DNA of 48,942 nt from Anaeramoeba ignava BMAN (Eukaryota; Protista; Anaeramoebae), in NCBI GenBank assembly GCA_028826165.1, contig JAPDFW010000049.1:1-48942 (forward strand). The letters are read 5' to 3'. The notes under the pieces were generated by a model. The model searched no databases, had not been told where the DNA came from, and saw only the letters and a list, made by a program, of their open reading frames with translations. Position 1 is the first letter of the stretch, and the number at the start of each line of letters is the position of its first letter. The position numbers were made by a program, and so were the translations under genes. Below, in pieces: positions 1 through 12,296 of this stretch.

Positions 1-420
1 TGATGAATAAAATAAAGAATAGATGAAATTTCTTATCAAAACTTCTTTAAAACAAAACCCAATAATTTTAATATTGTTTTAGTATATTTTCAACAGAAAA
101 ATTTATCTTCAAAAATGTTTCATTTTAATTCTTTTCTTTTTCCAATTTGATTTGAATAATTTCCATTTTGTTTTTGAATTTTTGATTTAAATTCATTAGT
201 ATTATATATGATGTTCTTTTATTTTTCAGTTTGTTTTTAATTAAGATTTTTGTTTTCTGATCAATATATTTACAGTTTTCTTTTTCCTTTTCATCCTGAT
301 TATTCTTTACGAATTCATAATTTACATTTTAATTCTTGTTTTCTTTTCAAGCTTTTTGGATAATGATATAAAATTCAATCTTGAAATTATTGAAAATAAC
401 ATTTAGAATCAATTTTTAAA

Positions 421-1443
421 TTATTAATTAAATTATTAATTAAATTATTTATTAAATTATTAATTAAATTATTAATTAAATTATTTATTAAATTATTAAT
501 TAAATTATTTTTAAATTATTAATTAAATTATTAGTAAATTATTTATTAAATTATTTATTAAATTATTTATTAAATTATTTATTAAATTATTAATTAAATT
601 ATTTATTAAATTATTTATTAAATTATTTATTAAATTATTTATTAAATTATTTATTAAATTATTTATTAAATTATTATTTAAATTATTGGTAAATTATTTA
701 TTAAGTATTTATTAAATTATTTATTAATTTATTTATTAATTTTGTTAAATTATTAATTAAATTATTAATTAAATTATTTATTAAATTATTTATTATAAAT
801 TAAATTAATTAAATTATTATTAATTAATTATTAATTAAATTATTTATTAAATTATTTTATTAAATTATTTATTAAATTATTAATTTTAAATTATTAATTA
901 AATTATTTATTAAATTATTTATTAAATTATTTATTAAATTATTTATTATTTATTTTATTAATTTATTTATTAAATTATTTGTTAATTTATTTATTAAATT
1001 ATTTTGTAAATTATTTATTAAATTATTAATTAATTTATTTATTAAATTTATTAATCAATTTATTTATTAAATTATTTATTAAATTATTAATTAAATTATT
1101 AATTAAATTATTTATTAAATTATTTATTAAATTATTTATTAAATTATTTAATTAAATTATTAATTAAATTATTTATTAAATTATTTATTAATTATTTATT
1201 AATTATTTATTAAATTATTAATTAAATTATTTATTAAATTATTGAATTAATTTTATTAATTAAATTATTTATTAAATTATTTATTAATTTATTAATTAAA
1301 TTATTTATTAAATTATTTATTAATTTATTAATTAAATTATTTATTAATTTATTTATTAATTTATTAATTAAATTATTAATTAAATTATTAATTAAATTAT
1401 TTATTAAATTATTAATTAAATTATTTATTAAATTATTAATTAA
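421..1443. repeat. 12-bp tandem satellite (TTATTWATTAAA)n, uninterrupted copy
   Basis: Alternating TTATTAATTAAA / TTATTTATTAAA units; inverted counterpart at 35461..39727. Confidence 0.95.
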
Positions 1444-2578
1444 AGAAAATGCTTATACAAATTCTAAATAAAACGAAATAAGTAAATCAAAGAATATGCA
1501 CAAAAAAAAAGCACTGAAAACAAAAGAACATAAATAAAAATGAAAAGGAAAAATAAATTAAATAAAGAAAAAAATGAAAAAAATGAAAAAATGAAAAAAT
1601 GAAAAAATGTTTTTTTTTTGTAAAAATTTAGTAAATGATTTAACTTGTAATTTAGAAAAGATTTTTTAAATGAATATCTATTCAAAAGATATTTCAATAA
1701 CTATATAACTTTAATAAAAATTTGAAAAAATAAAAAAATTTGGATTTTCAAATAAAACAATGATTAATGATTTTTTAATTACAAATAATATTATAAATTA
1801 TAATTAAAAGTATATTTAAGAAAGAATATATTGATTAGAATTATTATTTTTATAAGTAATTGAAGATATAAATTTGATAAACTATTTTTAGTTAGCAAAA
1901 ATTGGGAAAAATTGAGAAAAATGGATTAGAAAAATCAATATTTTGTTTTTTTTTTGTTCTGAATTCAACAAGAAATATTGGAAAATACTTGAATCTCTGA
2001 TTAAAAATTGATTTATAGTTGTTCTATGTTAATTAAAACTAAATAATAAAAAAATCCAATTTATGTTCTTTTCAATCCATAATTTAACAAAATTTGATTT
2101 TAATTAAATTTATTATTAAAGGAAGAAATCATTGAAAAGGATAATTTAAAACAAAATTATTGATTTATTATTGTTATTTCTTGAATAAAAATTTAATAAA
2201 AATTAATCAATTTGGTTTGGAATCTCTCAAATTTAAAATATTTTATTATTCGAATATCATTATTAGAATGATTAAATTATAATTCTAAATAAAGAAAATT
2301 CATCAATTCAAAATTTAAAAATGATATTCAATTATATTCTCAATTATTTATTATTTAAAGTATTCGAATAACTAAGATTTGAAATTTAACGGTTTGAATT
2401 TTTCCTTTTTCGTTAATGATGATAAAATTAAAAACAAACAAAACAAATTTTGCAATAAAAATGAACTAAAAATATCTCTCAAATCAAACTGAAAAAGCAA
2501 TTCTAACAATTTCATTTTTCATTTTTATTTTTGATTTTATTTTTCATTTTTGATTTTTGATTTAAAAAAAGATTTTTT

Positions 2579-4786
2579 ATGAAGAAATTCAAACCTCAAA
2601 TTACAATTGACGGATATCCCTTTTCCAAGAATAGACACAACTCTACTAATACAACTGGTTGGTATAGATGTAGAAAAAGGTGTGGAATGACTGCCAAATT
2701 GTTCTATAATCCCAATCTCCAATGCACTACAAATGGACAGCATAAACCAACTTGCCAAAGGATAAGTCAATCCAGAGAAGTTGCAGATTTGTGGAATTTA
2801 GTGGAGGAATTAGCGCTGGATAATATTTTCACTCCTGATAGAGTATATAGAGAAATGTGTGTAAGAATTGATTCAGATTTAGAAAAAGCTTATATTACTC
2901 CATCTCATCAAGAAGTTAAGAACTATGTAAAGAACATCAGATTGCCATCTGGAAAAAAGAAGAAGAAGAAGATTTCCAGAATTTCAAATCACCAAACTCT
3001 TTTCCAAGACAGATTTTCTCAGGAAGTGGAGCCAAATGTCACCATTTAATATTTATATATGGGCTAGTAGTTCTATGATTTACAATTTAAGCTTGGCTGA
3101 ACAAATTTTCATAGATGGCACTTTTAAAGTGGCTCCAAAAGGATTTAAACAAATGATAGTCGTTATGGCCAAATTACCCAAACTCAATTTGTTTTATCCT
3201 GTCTTATATGGTTTAACTGAAACTAAATCATACCAAAACTACTTAATTTTCTTTGCTCAGCTTCTCGGTCTAATTCCAGATCTTAATCCAGATTATATAA
3301 CGATTGATTTTGAATTGAATTTGAAAAAGTCATTGGATCGGATTTTTCTAACTCAAAAATCATTGGGTGTTATTTTTCATTATTGTCAATGTTTAAATAG
3401 AAAATTTCAAGAACTAGGATTGAATGAACCTATACATAAAAATTAAAAAGTTACAAAAACTACCATTTGTGCCTCAAGAAAATATCTTAGATAAAGTAAA
3501 AAAGCTCAAAAAAAAATTTCCGAATCAGGAAAGAGTGTTTAGATATTTCCGTACAACTTTTATGTCTGATCTCAGATCACAGATGTGGAACTATAGTGAA
3601 CTGCCTAAGGAAATAAAAAGAACCAATGGATGTGTCGAGCGTTATAACAGGAGATTAAATGATATTTTCCCCACATCAAGAACAAATTTGGAGTCATTCT
3701 CTGCGCATCTAGCACAAGAAGAAAAGTATTGGCAAACAAGATGGTCTACCACAATATCGAGAGATGGAAATTTTGATTTCAGTTCTGAAAATTCAAATTC
3801 AAATTCAAATTCAAATTCACTTTTTCTCAATCATCCATATTTAGATCCTGATTTTGAAATTGATGAAGATTTTGAATTTGATGAAGATTTTGAGTTTCTT
3901 TCAGATTCAGATTCAGATTCAGATTACACGAATTCCCAAATATCCAAACAACAATTTGCAAAAGAAAATCAAAACCAAAATGAAAATGAAAAAGAAAAAG
4001 AAAAAGAAAAAGAAAAAGAAAAAGAAAAAGAAAAAGAAAAAGAAAAACTCACAAGAAAAACAAGAAGCAAAACAATATCAAATCAAAAACAAAAACAAAA
4101 ACAAAAACAAAAAGAAAAAGAAAATGAAAATGAAAATGAAAATGAAAATGAAAATGAAAATGAAAATGAAAAAGAAAAAGAAAAAGAAAAACTCACAAGA
4201 AAAACAAGAAGCAAAACAATATCAAACCAAAAACAAAAACAAAAACAAAAACAAAAACAAAATGAAAATGAAAAAGAAAAAGAAAAAGAAAAAAAGAAAA
4301 AGGAAACAGATGTTGGTATTGAGTCTAATATTGATTTTAGTTCCATTTCGAAAACTAATTCAATTTTAAAATCAAAAAAAATTCTACAAAGAAAATCAAA
4401 AAGAATCCCAAAAAGAAATGATGATTACAATTTAAATATTTTGAATTCAAATTCACATTCAGAAAAAGGAAAAAAAAGAAAGCTAAAATTAAAACCAAAA
4501 CCAAAATCAAAATCAAAATTAAAATCAAAATCAAAATTAAAATTAGAATCAAAATTAAAATCAGAATCAAAATTAAAATCAAAATCAAATTCAAATTCAG
4601 ATTCAGATTCAGATTTCAAATTCAAATTCAAATTCAGATTCAAATTCAGATTCAAATTCAAATTCAAATTCAGATTCAAATTCAGATTCAGATTCAAATT
4701 CAAATTCAAATTCAAATTCAGATTCAGATTCAGATTTCAAATCAAGATCAAATTCAAATTCTGAAACAGATTCAGATGAGGATTAA
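2579..4786 (+). pseudogene. MULE (Mutator-like) DDE transposase, frameshifted copy
   Basis: ORFs 2579..3049, 3036..3446 and 3424..4764 join into the protein encoded at 30340..32410. Motifs: WYRCRKRC..H..C finger, FIDGTFK, TIDFE, FHYCQ, RTNGCVERYNRRLN. Frameshifts near 3000-3030, 3345-3375, 3440 and in the tail; some are in homopolymers and may be assembly errors. Confidence 0.85.
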
Positions 4787-5220
4787 AAAGGAAAATCCCT
4801 TAGAACGCAATCAATTTCTTCAATAATTTTAATGAATTTTCTTGGTTTTTAATCGGTTTTTTTGATTGAAATTCAAAATATTCTCGATCAATAATTCTTC
4901 ATCCCTTTTTTTTAAAATTCATTTTCCTTTTTTTTTTTCAATTCATGGAATCAATTAATAAAATTCATCTTCAACAATTTTCTTTTTCCACTTTTTTTCT
5001 TTATTAATTTAAAGGAGGAGAAGAATCAAATATTGGGATCATAACTGAGCAATAATAATAATAATAAATGAAGAAAAAGCTTCTAAGTTCTTTTGTTTTT
5101 TTTCTTCTTATGTTAACTCGAAATCAATTAATTGCATTTTTTTGTTGACTTTTCAATTTCTAGAGAAAATCATAAAGAAATAAGTTCTGCACAAACAGAA
5201 AACGTATTTATCAATTAAAA

Positions 5221-5306
5221 TCGATTCAAAATTGAATTGAATTAAATTGAATTAAATTGAATTAAATTAAATTGAATTGAATTAAATTGATTTGAATTGA
5301 ATTGAA
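5221..5306. repeat. (AATTG/AATTA)n pentanucleotide microsatellite
   Basis: Directly visible; a longer inverted counterpart lies at ~29681..29895. Confidence 0.85.
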
Positions 5307-5536
5307 TATTTTAGGTAAAAAGTAAGATGAGATGATTTTCCCATAATTATTTGATTAGAAAAAAAAATGGAAAAGAGAAATAATGATAGATACATTGGAA
5401 AAACAGAAAAAAAAAGGATTGATTACTCTCACTATTATATAATTTTATCATTTTGAATTGGGATAGATTCTTTTGATAAATTGATTTTTCTGGAATTTCA
5501 TTTTCATCTTATTTTGATTCTAATTGTAAAACGAAA

Positions 5537-6515
5537 TTGGAATTAAAAATAATTTATAAAATAACATAAATTTAAAATAAAATTAAAAATTAAAAAACTT
5601 TCCAATTTTAATTAAAGATTTTATATAAAAAGAAATAAGATCAAAAAGAAAAGAAATAAAATTATTTTTAATTAGATTTTCTTTATTGAAAAAAAAAATT
5701 GGAATTAAAAATAATTTATAAAATAACATAAATTTAAAATAAAATTAAAAATTAAAAAACTTTCTAATTTTAATTAAATATTTTATATAAAAAGAAATAA
5801 GATCAAAAAAGAAAGAAATAAAATTATTTTTAAATAGATTTTCTTTATTGAAAAAAAAAATTTGAATTAAAAATAATTTATAAAATAACATTAATTTAAA
5901 ATAAAATTAAAAATTAAAAAACTTTCTAATTTTAATTAAAGATTTTATATAAAAAGAAATGAGATCAAAAAGAAAGAAATAAAATTATTTTTAAATAGAT
6001 TTTCTTTATTGATAAAAATCTCACAAGGAATTAAAATAATTTATAAAATAACATAAATTTAAAATAAAATTAAGAATTAAAAAACTTTCCAATTTTAATT
6101 AAAGATTTTATATAAAAAAAATAAGAATATAAAAAAACAAAAGAAAATAAAATTATTTTTAATTAGATTTTCTTTATTGAAAAAAAAAAATTTGAAATTA
6201 AAAATAATTTATAAAATAACATAAATTTAAAATAAAATTAATAATTAAAAAACTTTCTAAATTAATTAAAGATTTTATATAAAAAGAAATGAGAACAAAA
6301 AAAAGGAAATAAAATTATTTTTAAATAGATTTTCTTTATTGAAAAAAAAAATCTGAAATTAAAAATAATTTATAAAATAACATTAATTTAAAATAAAATT
6401 AAGAATTAAAAAACTTTCTAATTTTAATTAAAGATTTTATATAAAAAGAAATAAGATCAAAAAAAAAGAAATAAAATTATTTTTAATTAAATTTTCTTTA
6501 TTGAAAAAAAAAATC
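5537..6515. repeat. ~162-bp tandem repeat, 6 copies
   Basis: Unit TTGGAATTAAAAATAATTTATAAAATAAC...ATTTTCTTTATTG recurs about every 162 bp (ATTTTCTTTATTG near 5676, 5837, 5999, 6167, 6329, 6491). Confidence 0.9.
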
Positions 6516-8735
6516 AAAAAAAATCAAAAAAAATTCCAATTTTCTTAAAATTACTTGAATTTAATTTTTAATGGAAATTATTTATTCAATTTAAATCAAA
6601 AATTATGATATTTTTATAACTCAAAAAAAAATAATCAAATCCATTTTCTTTCTTTTTTTTGGATAATAAATATTTTATATTAAATCAAATTCAATTTTAA
6701 AATTATAATTAATGAACATTTATTTATTTTTATCTTAATTTTTATTCTTCCAATTCTTATATTCAAATGTTAAATATTATAAAATTTGAAAAGAAATCAA
6801 AAATTAATAAATTTATTTCAACTATTTTAATAATTTTAATAAATAATTAATTTGTAATTTGATTTCAGATATTAATTAAAATAAGAATATTTACTTGTTT
6901 AGGTATTTTTATATTTATCAGAATGAAAATTGATATTTTGAATAATTTTAAAAAGAATTTAAAAATTTGGAATAAAAAATCAAGAAATATTTAAGGATTA
7001 ATTTAATATATTATTTAAAAATAAATATTAGAGAGTCATAAGAGATGTTTTAAATATATTTTATTTTTAATTTAAAATCAAATTTATCAAAACAAAAAAG
7101 AATGAAATGGTTTCAATTCAATTATAAAATTAATAATAACAAAAAGTGAAATTAGATTTTGATTCAGATTAAAATTGATTTAATTCTTTTCTAATTCTCT
7201 AATTTGAAATAATGTTCAGAATTTTTAAATAATGAATGTAATATTAAACTTAATTCTATAAATTGATAAAATCTTTATATTTCTATCAAAGTGTATGAAA
7301 ATTAAAACTCCAAAAAAATAAAAATGGAAACTTTAAATTAAAAACAATTTTATTTTTGAATTAAATAATTAAATAAAAATTTATAATTTAAAATTCATTC
7401 AATCGTAATAAAAATAGTTTTTGATTAAATTGGAATTTCTTTTAAATTATAAACTTTAAGAAAAATCTTTATTTTATTATTTTTTTCCGATTTTATTTTT
7501 TTAATTTAATTTTTGATTTATGAAGATAAAAATTAAGATTAAATAAATAAAACATTCTAAAATAAATAAATATAAAAATATTACAAAAACTTTTATGAAT
7601 ATAGAATTAATTATCGAAAATAATAAAAAGAATATTTTAATAATTTATGAAATTATTTAATATGATTTAATCAAGAAAATAAAACTTATAATTAAAGCTT
7701 CAGGAACATAACTCAATTAAAAATCAAATAATAAAAAGAATATTTCTGGGAGATATTTATTAAAAATATTAAAACTTAAGATTTTATTTGAGACAACAAA
7801 AAGAAAATATGAGTATTTTGAATTTACTCAATTTATTTTATTTTTGAATACAATAAAAAGTAGAGAATAAACAACAAAAATGAATTTCCAAAATTACTAT
7901 TACATGTTTGTAATTAATATTTAAAAAAGTAAATAAAAACTTGATATTTCTTTATTGGAAAAAATGATGTTTTTTAGAGCTGAGTAATCAAAATTTAGAA
8001 AAAGAGAATTAAATTAAAAAGAGCAAGAGACATAAAATTAAGATTTAAATATCTTGAAGAAAAATTGAGAGCTTTTTGGGAATTTAAACTTGATAACTTT
8101 TTGAATTATTAGAATAAAGGAAAAATTCATCTTAAATTTGTGAGATATTATTTTGCAAATGATCTGAATAGATTGATAAAATAATAAGTGAAAATAGAGT
8201 TGGAAAAGAAAAATGAATTAAAATGATAAAAATAATCAAAAACAAAGATAGATGAAATATCTAATTTAAGAAAAATATGAAAAAGAATAACAATTAAGAG
8301 CAAAGAATTTTTGAGAATGAAAAAGATATATTAAATAAAACAAAATGAGAAAAAGTAATTAGGAGAAGAAATAAGAAAAAGAAATTAAATAAAAAGATAG
8401 TTAACTTGAAGAAAGTGAGGATTTATGAAGCAGAAAAATATTTTAAAGAGAATCAAAAAAAATGAAAAAATGGGAATGGATATTTCAGTGTAATTATTTC
8501 AGGATTCTGAATTAAAAAAAGGAAAATTAAACATAATAATGAGAAATAATTATATAAATAAAATTTATTTATGTTTGCTTCTAAATTGTTTGCACCAAAA
8601 AAAAAATAAAAAAGAGATCATAAATTTTTCATATTTTGAATTGTGATAAGGGAAATTGACGAAAAGAGAATTATTTTAATCAGAATTAAGCATCAAAAAT
8701 GTGTTTAAAATGAAAATCAAAAAAATTGTAAAAAA

Positions 8736-8785
8736 AGTAGATAAAAATAGGCAGTAGATCAAAATAGGTCAAATTTACCCCTACC
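8736..8785 (-). repeat. Element terminus with two 16-bp subterminal repeats AGTAGATMAAAATAGG
   Basis: Repeats at 8736-8751 and 8753-8768, then TCAAATTTACCCCTACC. Same terminus at 26025..26074; related sequence at 42646..42693. Confidence 0.7.
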
Positions 8786-9575
8786 ATTTATATTTATATT
8801 TATAATTATATTTATATTTATATTTATATTTATATTTATATTTATATTTATATTTATATTTATATTTATATTTATATTTATATTTATATTTATATTTATA
8901 TTTATATTTATATTTATAATTATATTTATATTTATATTTATATTTATAATTATATTTATATTTATATTTATATTTATATTTATATTTATATTTATATTTA
9001 TATTTATATTTATATTTATATTTAAATTTATATTTATATTTATATTTATATTTATAATTATATTTATAATTAAATTTATATTTATAATTAAATTTATATT
9101 TATATTTATATTTATTTTTATATTTATATTTATATTTATATTTAGATTTATATTTATATATTTATATTAATATTTATATTTTTATATTTATATTAATATT
9201 TATATATTTATATGTTTATATTTATATTTATGTTTATATTTATATTTTATATTTTATATTTTATATTTATATTTATATTTATATTTTATATTTTATATTT
9301 ATATTTATATTTTATATTTATATATTTATATTTATATTTTATATTTTATATTTTATATTTATATTTATATTTATATTTATATTTATGTTTATATTTATAT
9401 TTATATTTATATTTATATTTATATTTATATTTATATTTATATTTATAATTATATTTATATTTATATTTATAATTATATTTATATTTATATTTATATTTAT
9501 ATTTATATTTATATTTATATTTATATTTATATTTATATTTATATTTTTATTTATATTTATATTTATATTTATATA
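8786..9575. repeat. (TATATT)n microsatellite
   Basis: Directly visible, ~790 bp, starts exactly at the element end. Confidence 0.95.
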
Positions 9576-10963
9576 TTTGTTTTTGTTTTTGTTTTTGTTT
9601 ATTGAGAAATAATTATTCATTTTTTTAATATAATTTTAATTTCTTTAATTTTTTTTTTGGGATTTGATTTCTTTTTTTAAATTATTTTTTTTTTTGATTT
9701 AAGAATTGAAATAGATTATTCCTTTTTGAATACTTCTGAATCCAAATATTAATATTAATAATAATTATTATTATTGAGATTTGAACAGTAATTTTTTTTT
9801 GACCCCAAAAATTTTGATATGAAAATTTTCAAAAAATTTTCCGAAAAATTTACAAAAAAAAAAAAATGATCGAAAATTATACTTTTTTTTTTTGAGAGTG
9901 TTTCTTATTTGAAAATTATATTAAATAAATGTACTGCAGCAAATATCTTTTGTTCATCTTTTTAAAATTGTCTCTTCTTCTATTTTATTCATTTTCCAGT
10001 TAAAAAAAATCCCAGTCATTTTCGTAAATTCCTTAAGGAAACTATTTTTTCTCCTTGGACTAAATATCTTTTTCTTAAATTGAATATAATTATAATATAT
10101 TATTGATTTCCATTTTATTTTATGAAATAAATCAAAATAGCTATTATTACTTTATGTTTTATTTTTTTATTTTTTATTTTTAATTCAAAACATTTTTCGA
10201 TTTATACTGGCAAATCCTTCAAGAATTTCTTCCATCAATTAATCAAATTGGTTTTTTTCTCCTTTAATCTAGTTCCATGTTTAATAGAATATTTTCAGAT
10301 TAAATAATAATATAAATTCAATTTTTCTTATTAGTTGTTTATATCTACTTTTCTATTTTCTGTATTTTCTGTATTTCATTTTCCATAAATTTCAATTTCA
10401 ACTCTTCCTTATTTCATTTTTTACATAATTAATATCATTCTAGAAACACAAACATAATTTTAATTTCTCGTTTTAAATATTTTTATTTGACTCTTTTATT
10501 CTCTTATTATTTGTTTTTTTTCTATTTATGGAATCCGAATATTTTTTTTCTTTTTTCAAGAATAAGTACTTAAGCAACAAAAGCATTAAAATATAAACTG
10601 TGATAATTAATTTGCTCTTTTTCAATATTTTGTCTCTGTTTTTATTATCGTCTCATAATTAAATATTATTTAGTAATTTTAAAAAAATCATCAAAAAAAA
10701 TTTTTTTTTAAGTTTTTTCTTTTTTTTTATTTATGAACCCTAATTTAAAAACATCATTTTTCACTCAGAAATTATTTCTTTTTGGAATCTATATCCATTT
10801 CAAATGTGGACTTTTATTAAACTTAATAAAAGGGAAAAAAATTTTTTTTTTCATTTTTTTTTTTCATTTTTTTTTTTTCATTTTTTCTTTTCATTTTTTC
10901 ATCTATTTTTCATTTATTTTTTGATCTTTATTTTTATTTTTTCATTTCTCTGCTTTTTTTTTA

Positions 10964-12133
10964 ATGGAAAGACTTGATTTTGCAAATTTGAAATTAAATC
11001 AAAATGATGGGTTTTATTTCCAAGGGAAAAAATATGATATTTTGACAGTTATACAAATTCTTGTCTTTTTAGCAGATATGCTTCTTGAAAATTTACTTCT
11101 AGGATCTAAATCATTGACGTTAAAAAAGTTGGCATCTATATTCCAGAAAAGTACATGGTATATTTCAAAATTATTAAATACACTCAAGCAAACTATTCAA
11201 CAAGAACTTACTGAAATTAAAGATATTTCTCATGAAGAAATGATTGATACTCTTTTTAGATCAATATTTATCTCGATATATAAGATTGAAAAAAGATATC
11301 AAAATAAATTTCAAAAGAAAAAAAGAAGAAAATTGAAAAAAAATCACAAAAAATATATCAAAAAAGAAATCGAAGAGAAGCCTTCCATTTTTCTGAAAGA
11401 AATGAAGCTCAAATTAAAAAATCAATTCGATTTAGATGTCTCGGTTTCGACGTTGTATAAGACTATCCGTTATGAACTTCATTTCACACATAAAAAGTTA
11501 ATGCTCCGATCACCACGGAGATTTCTCCCAGAAAATGAAGAGTTGATTCGTGTATTTCAACAAAAAATGGAAAATTTTTTCAAGATTTACGGTCCAGACA
11601 AAATTATATTTCTTGATGAGACTGGGGTAAATCTCAATTCTGCTTCAAGAAATAAAGGGTGGGCAAAAATTGGAGAGAATTCATTGACAGAGTTTCATAA
11701 CAAAGATAAAAAGCACAGGGTGAATTCTCTCGCTGCTTTTGGAACACAAGGTTTTTTGTGCGTTTCTCATTATGACACAACAATCAAAGCAGAACAATTT
11801 TTGTACTTTATGATAAAAGTCTTACTTCCTGTAGCACCACGCGAATGTGTCTTGATATTAGACAATTGTAGGATCCATCATGCCGTTAATTTAGAAGTGT
11901 CTCGTGCCTTTATTGAAAAAAAAATTTTGGTTGATTACCTTCCACCCTACTGCCCTGAATTTAATCCCATTGAGATGGCTTTTGGAAATGTGAAACAAAA
12001 TTTAAAAAATCATCTGGAGGAATTCAAAGCCAATCCTGTACAAGTGTGGGATCAAATGTTCCAAAAGTTCAATTCAAAGCAAAAAGCAAAAAGATATTAT
12101 ATTGAAGATTATTCTTTCTTAAAAAACAAATAG
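10964..12133 (+). CDS. IS630/Tc1-like DDE transposase (DD36E), 389 aa
   Basis: HTH-like VSVSTLYKTIRYELHFTHKK; catalytic motifs IIFLDETG, VLILDNCRIHH, YLPPYCPEFNPIEMAFGNVK. 36 residues between the second D and E; uninterrupted ORF. Confidence 0.93.
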   Translation: MERLDFANLKLNQNDGFYFQGKKYDILTVIQILVFLADMLLENLLLGSKSLTLKKLASIFQKSTWYISKLLNTLKQTIQQELTEIKDISHEEMIDTLFRSIFISIYKIEKRYQNKFQKKKRRKLKKNHKKYIKKEIEEKPSIFLKEMKLKLKNQFDLDVSVSTLYKTIRYELHFTHKKLMLRSPRRFLPENEELIRVFQQKMENFFKIYGPDKIIFLDETGVNLNSASRNKGWAKIGENSLTEFHNKDKKHRVNSLAAFGTQGFLCVSHYDTTIKAEQFLYFMIKVLLPVAPRECVLILDNCRIHHAVNLEVSRAFIEKKILVDYLPPYCPEFNPIEMAFGNVKQNLKNHLEEFKANPVQVWDQMFQKFNSKQKAKRYYIEDYSFLKNK

Positions 12134-12296
12134 TTTACTTTTACTTTTACTCTTACTTTTCATTTCTTAATCAATAAAATGAATGATTTTCACAACTTTC
12201 TTTATCAATTTGAGGTGTTTTTTTTTCACAGTTTTTTCATTTCAATTTTCATTTTTTATTTCAATTTTTTAATTTTTTACAGTTTTCGAAATTCTA

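Larger units (their letters stand above)
1..8785 (+). mobile_element. Left copy (truncated by window start) of a large Mutator/MULE-transposase-bearing element; inverted copy of 26025..40160
   Basis: Position 1 onward is the reverse complement of sequence ending at 40160. Homology continues through the satellite, transposase and 162-bp array and stops sharply at ...AAATTTACCCCTACC (8785) = GGTAGGGGTAAATTT (26025). Confidence 0.8.

Noticed and set aside
2537-2770. 77-aa antisense ORF conserved in both arms (also 32219..32452)
   Set aside because: Antisense shadow of the MULE N-terminus; conservation is explained by the recent duplication.
5537-6515. Regularly spaced repeats as a CRISPR array (also 12430-12915, 20711-22013, 28330-29452)
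   Set aside because: Whole units repeat with no unique spacers, there are no cas genes, and the context is eukaryotic.
7600-8700. Second gene in the MULE arm (purine-rich, short open stretches)
   Set aside because: Frequent stops in both copies and no recognisable motif.
9212-9620. ORFs such as FIFIF/NININ/YLYLY (also 4083-4715, 13709-14489, 15527-16036, 16908-17147, 18970-19419, 25738-26124, 37542-37793)
   Set aside because: Stop-free frames of microsatellites, or shadow frames of the real coding repeat.
12179-12282. Extra 5' coding exon for the cargo gene (ATG 12179, GT 12215, AG 12282)
   Set aside because: Splice phase does not match the downstream frame and gives an immediate stop; at most a UTR intron.
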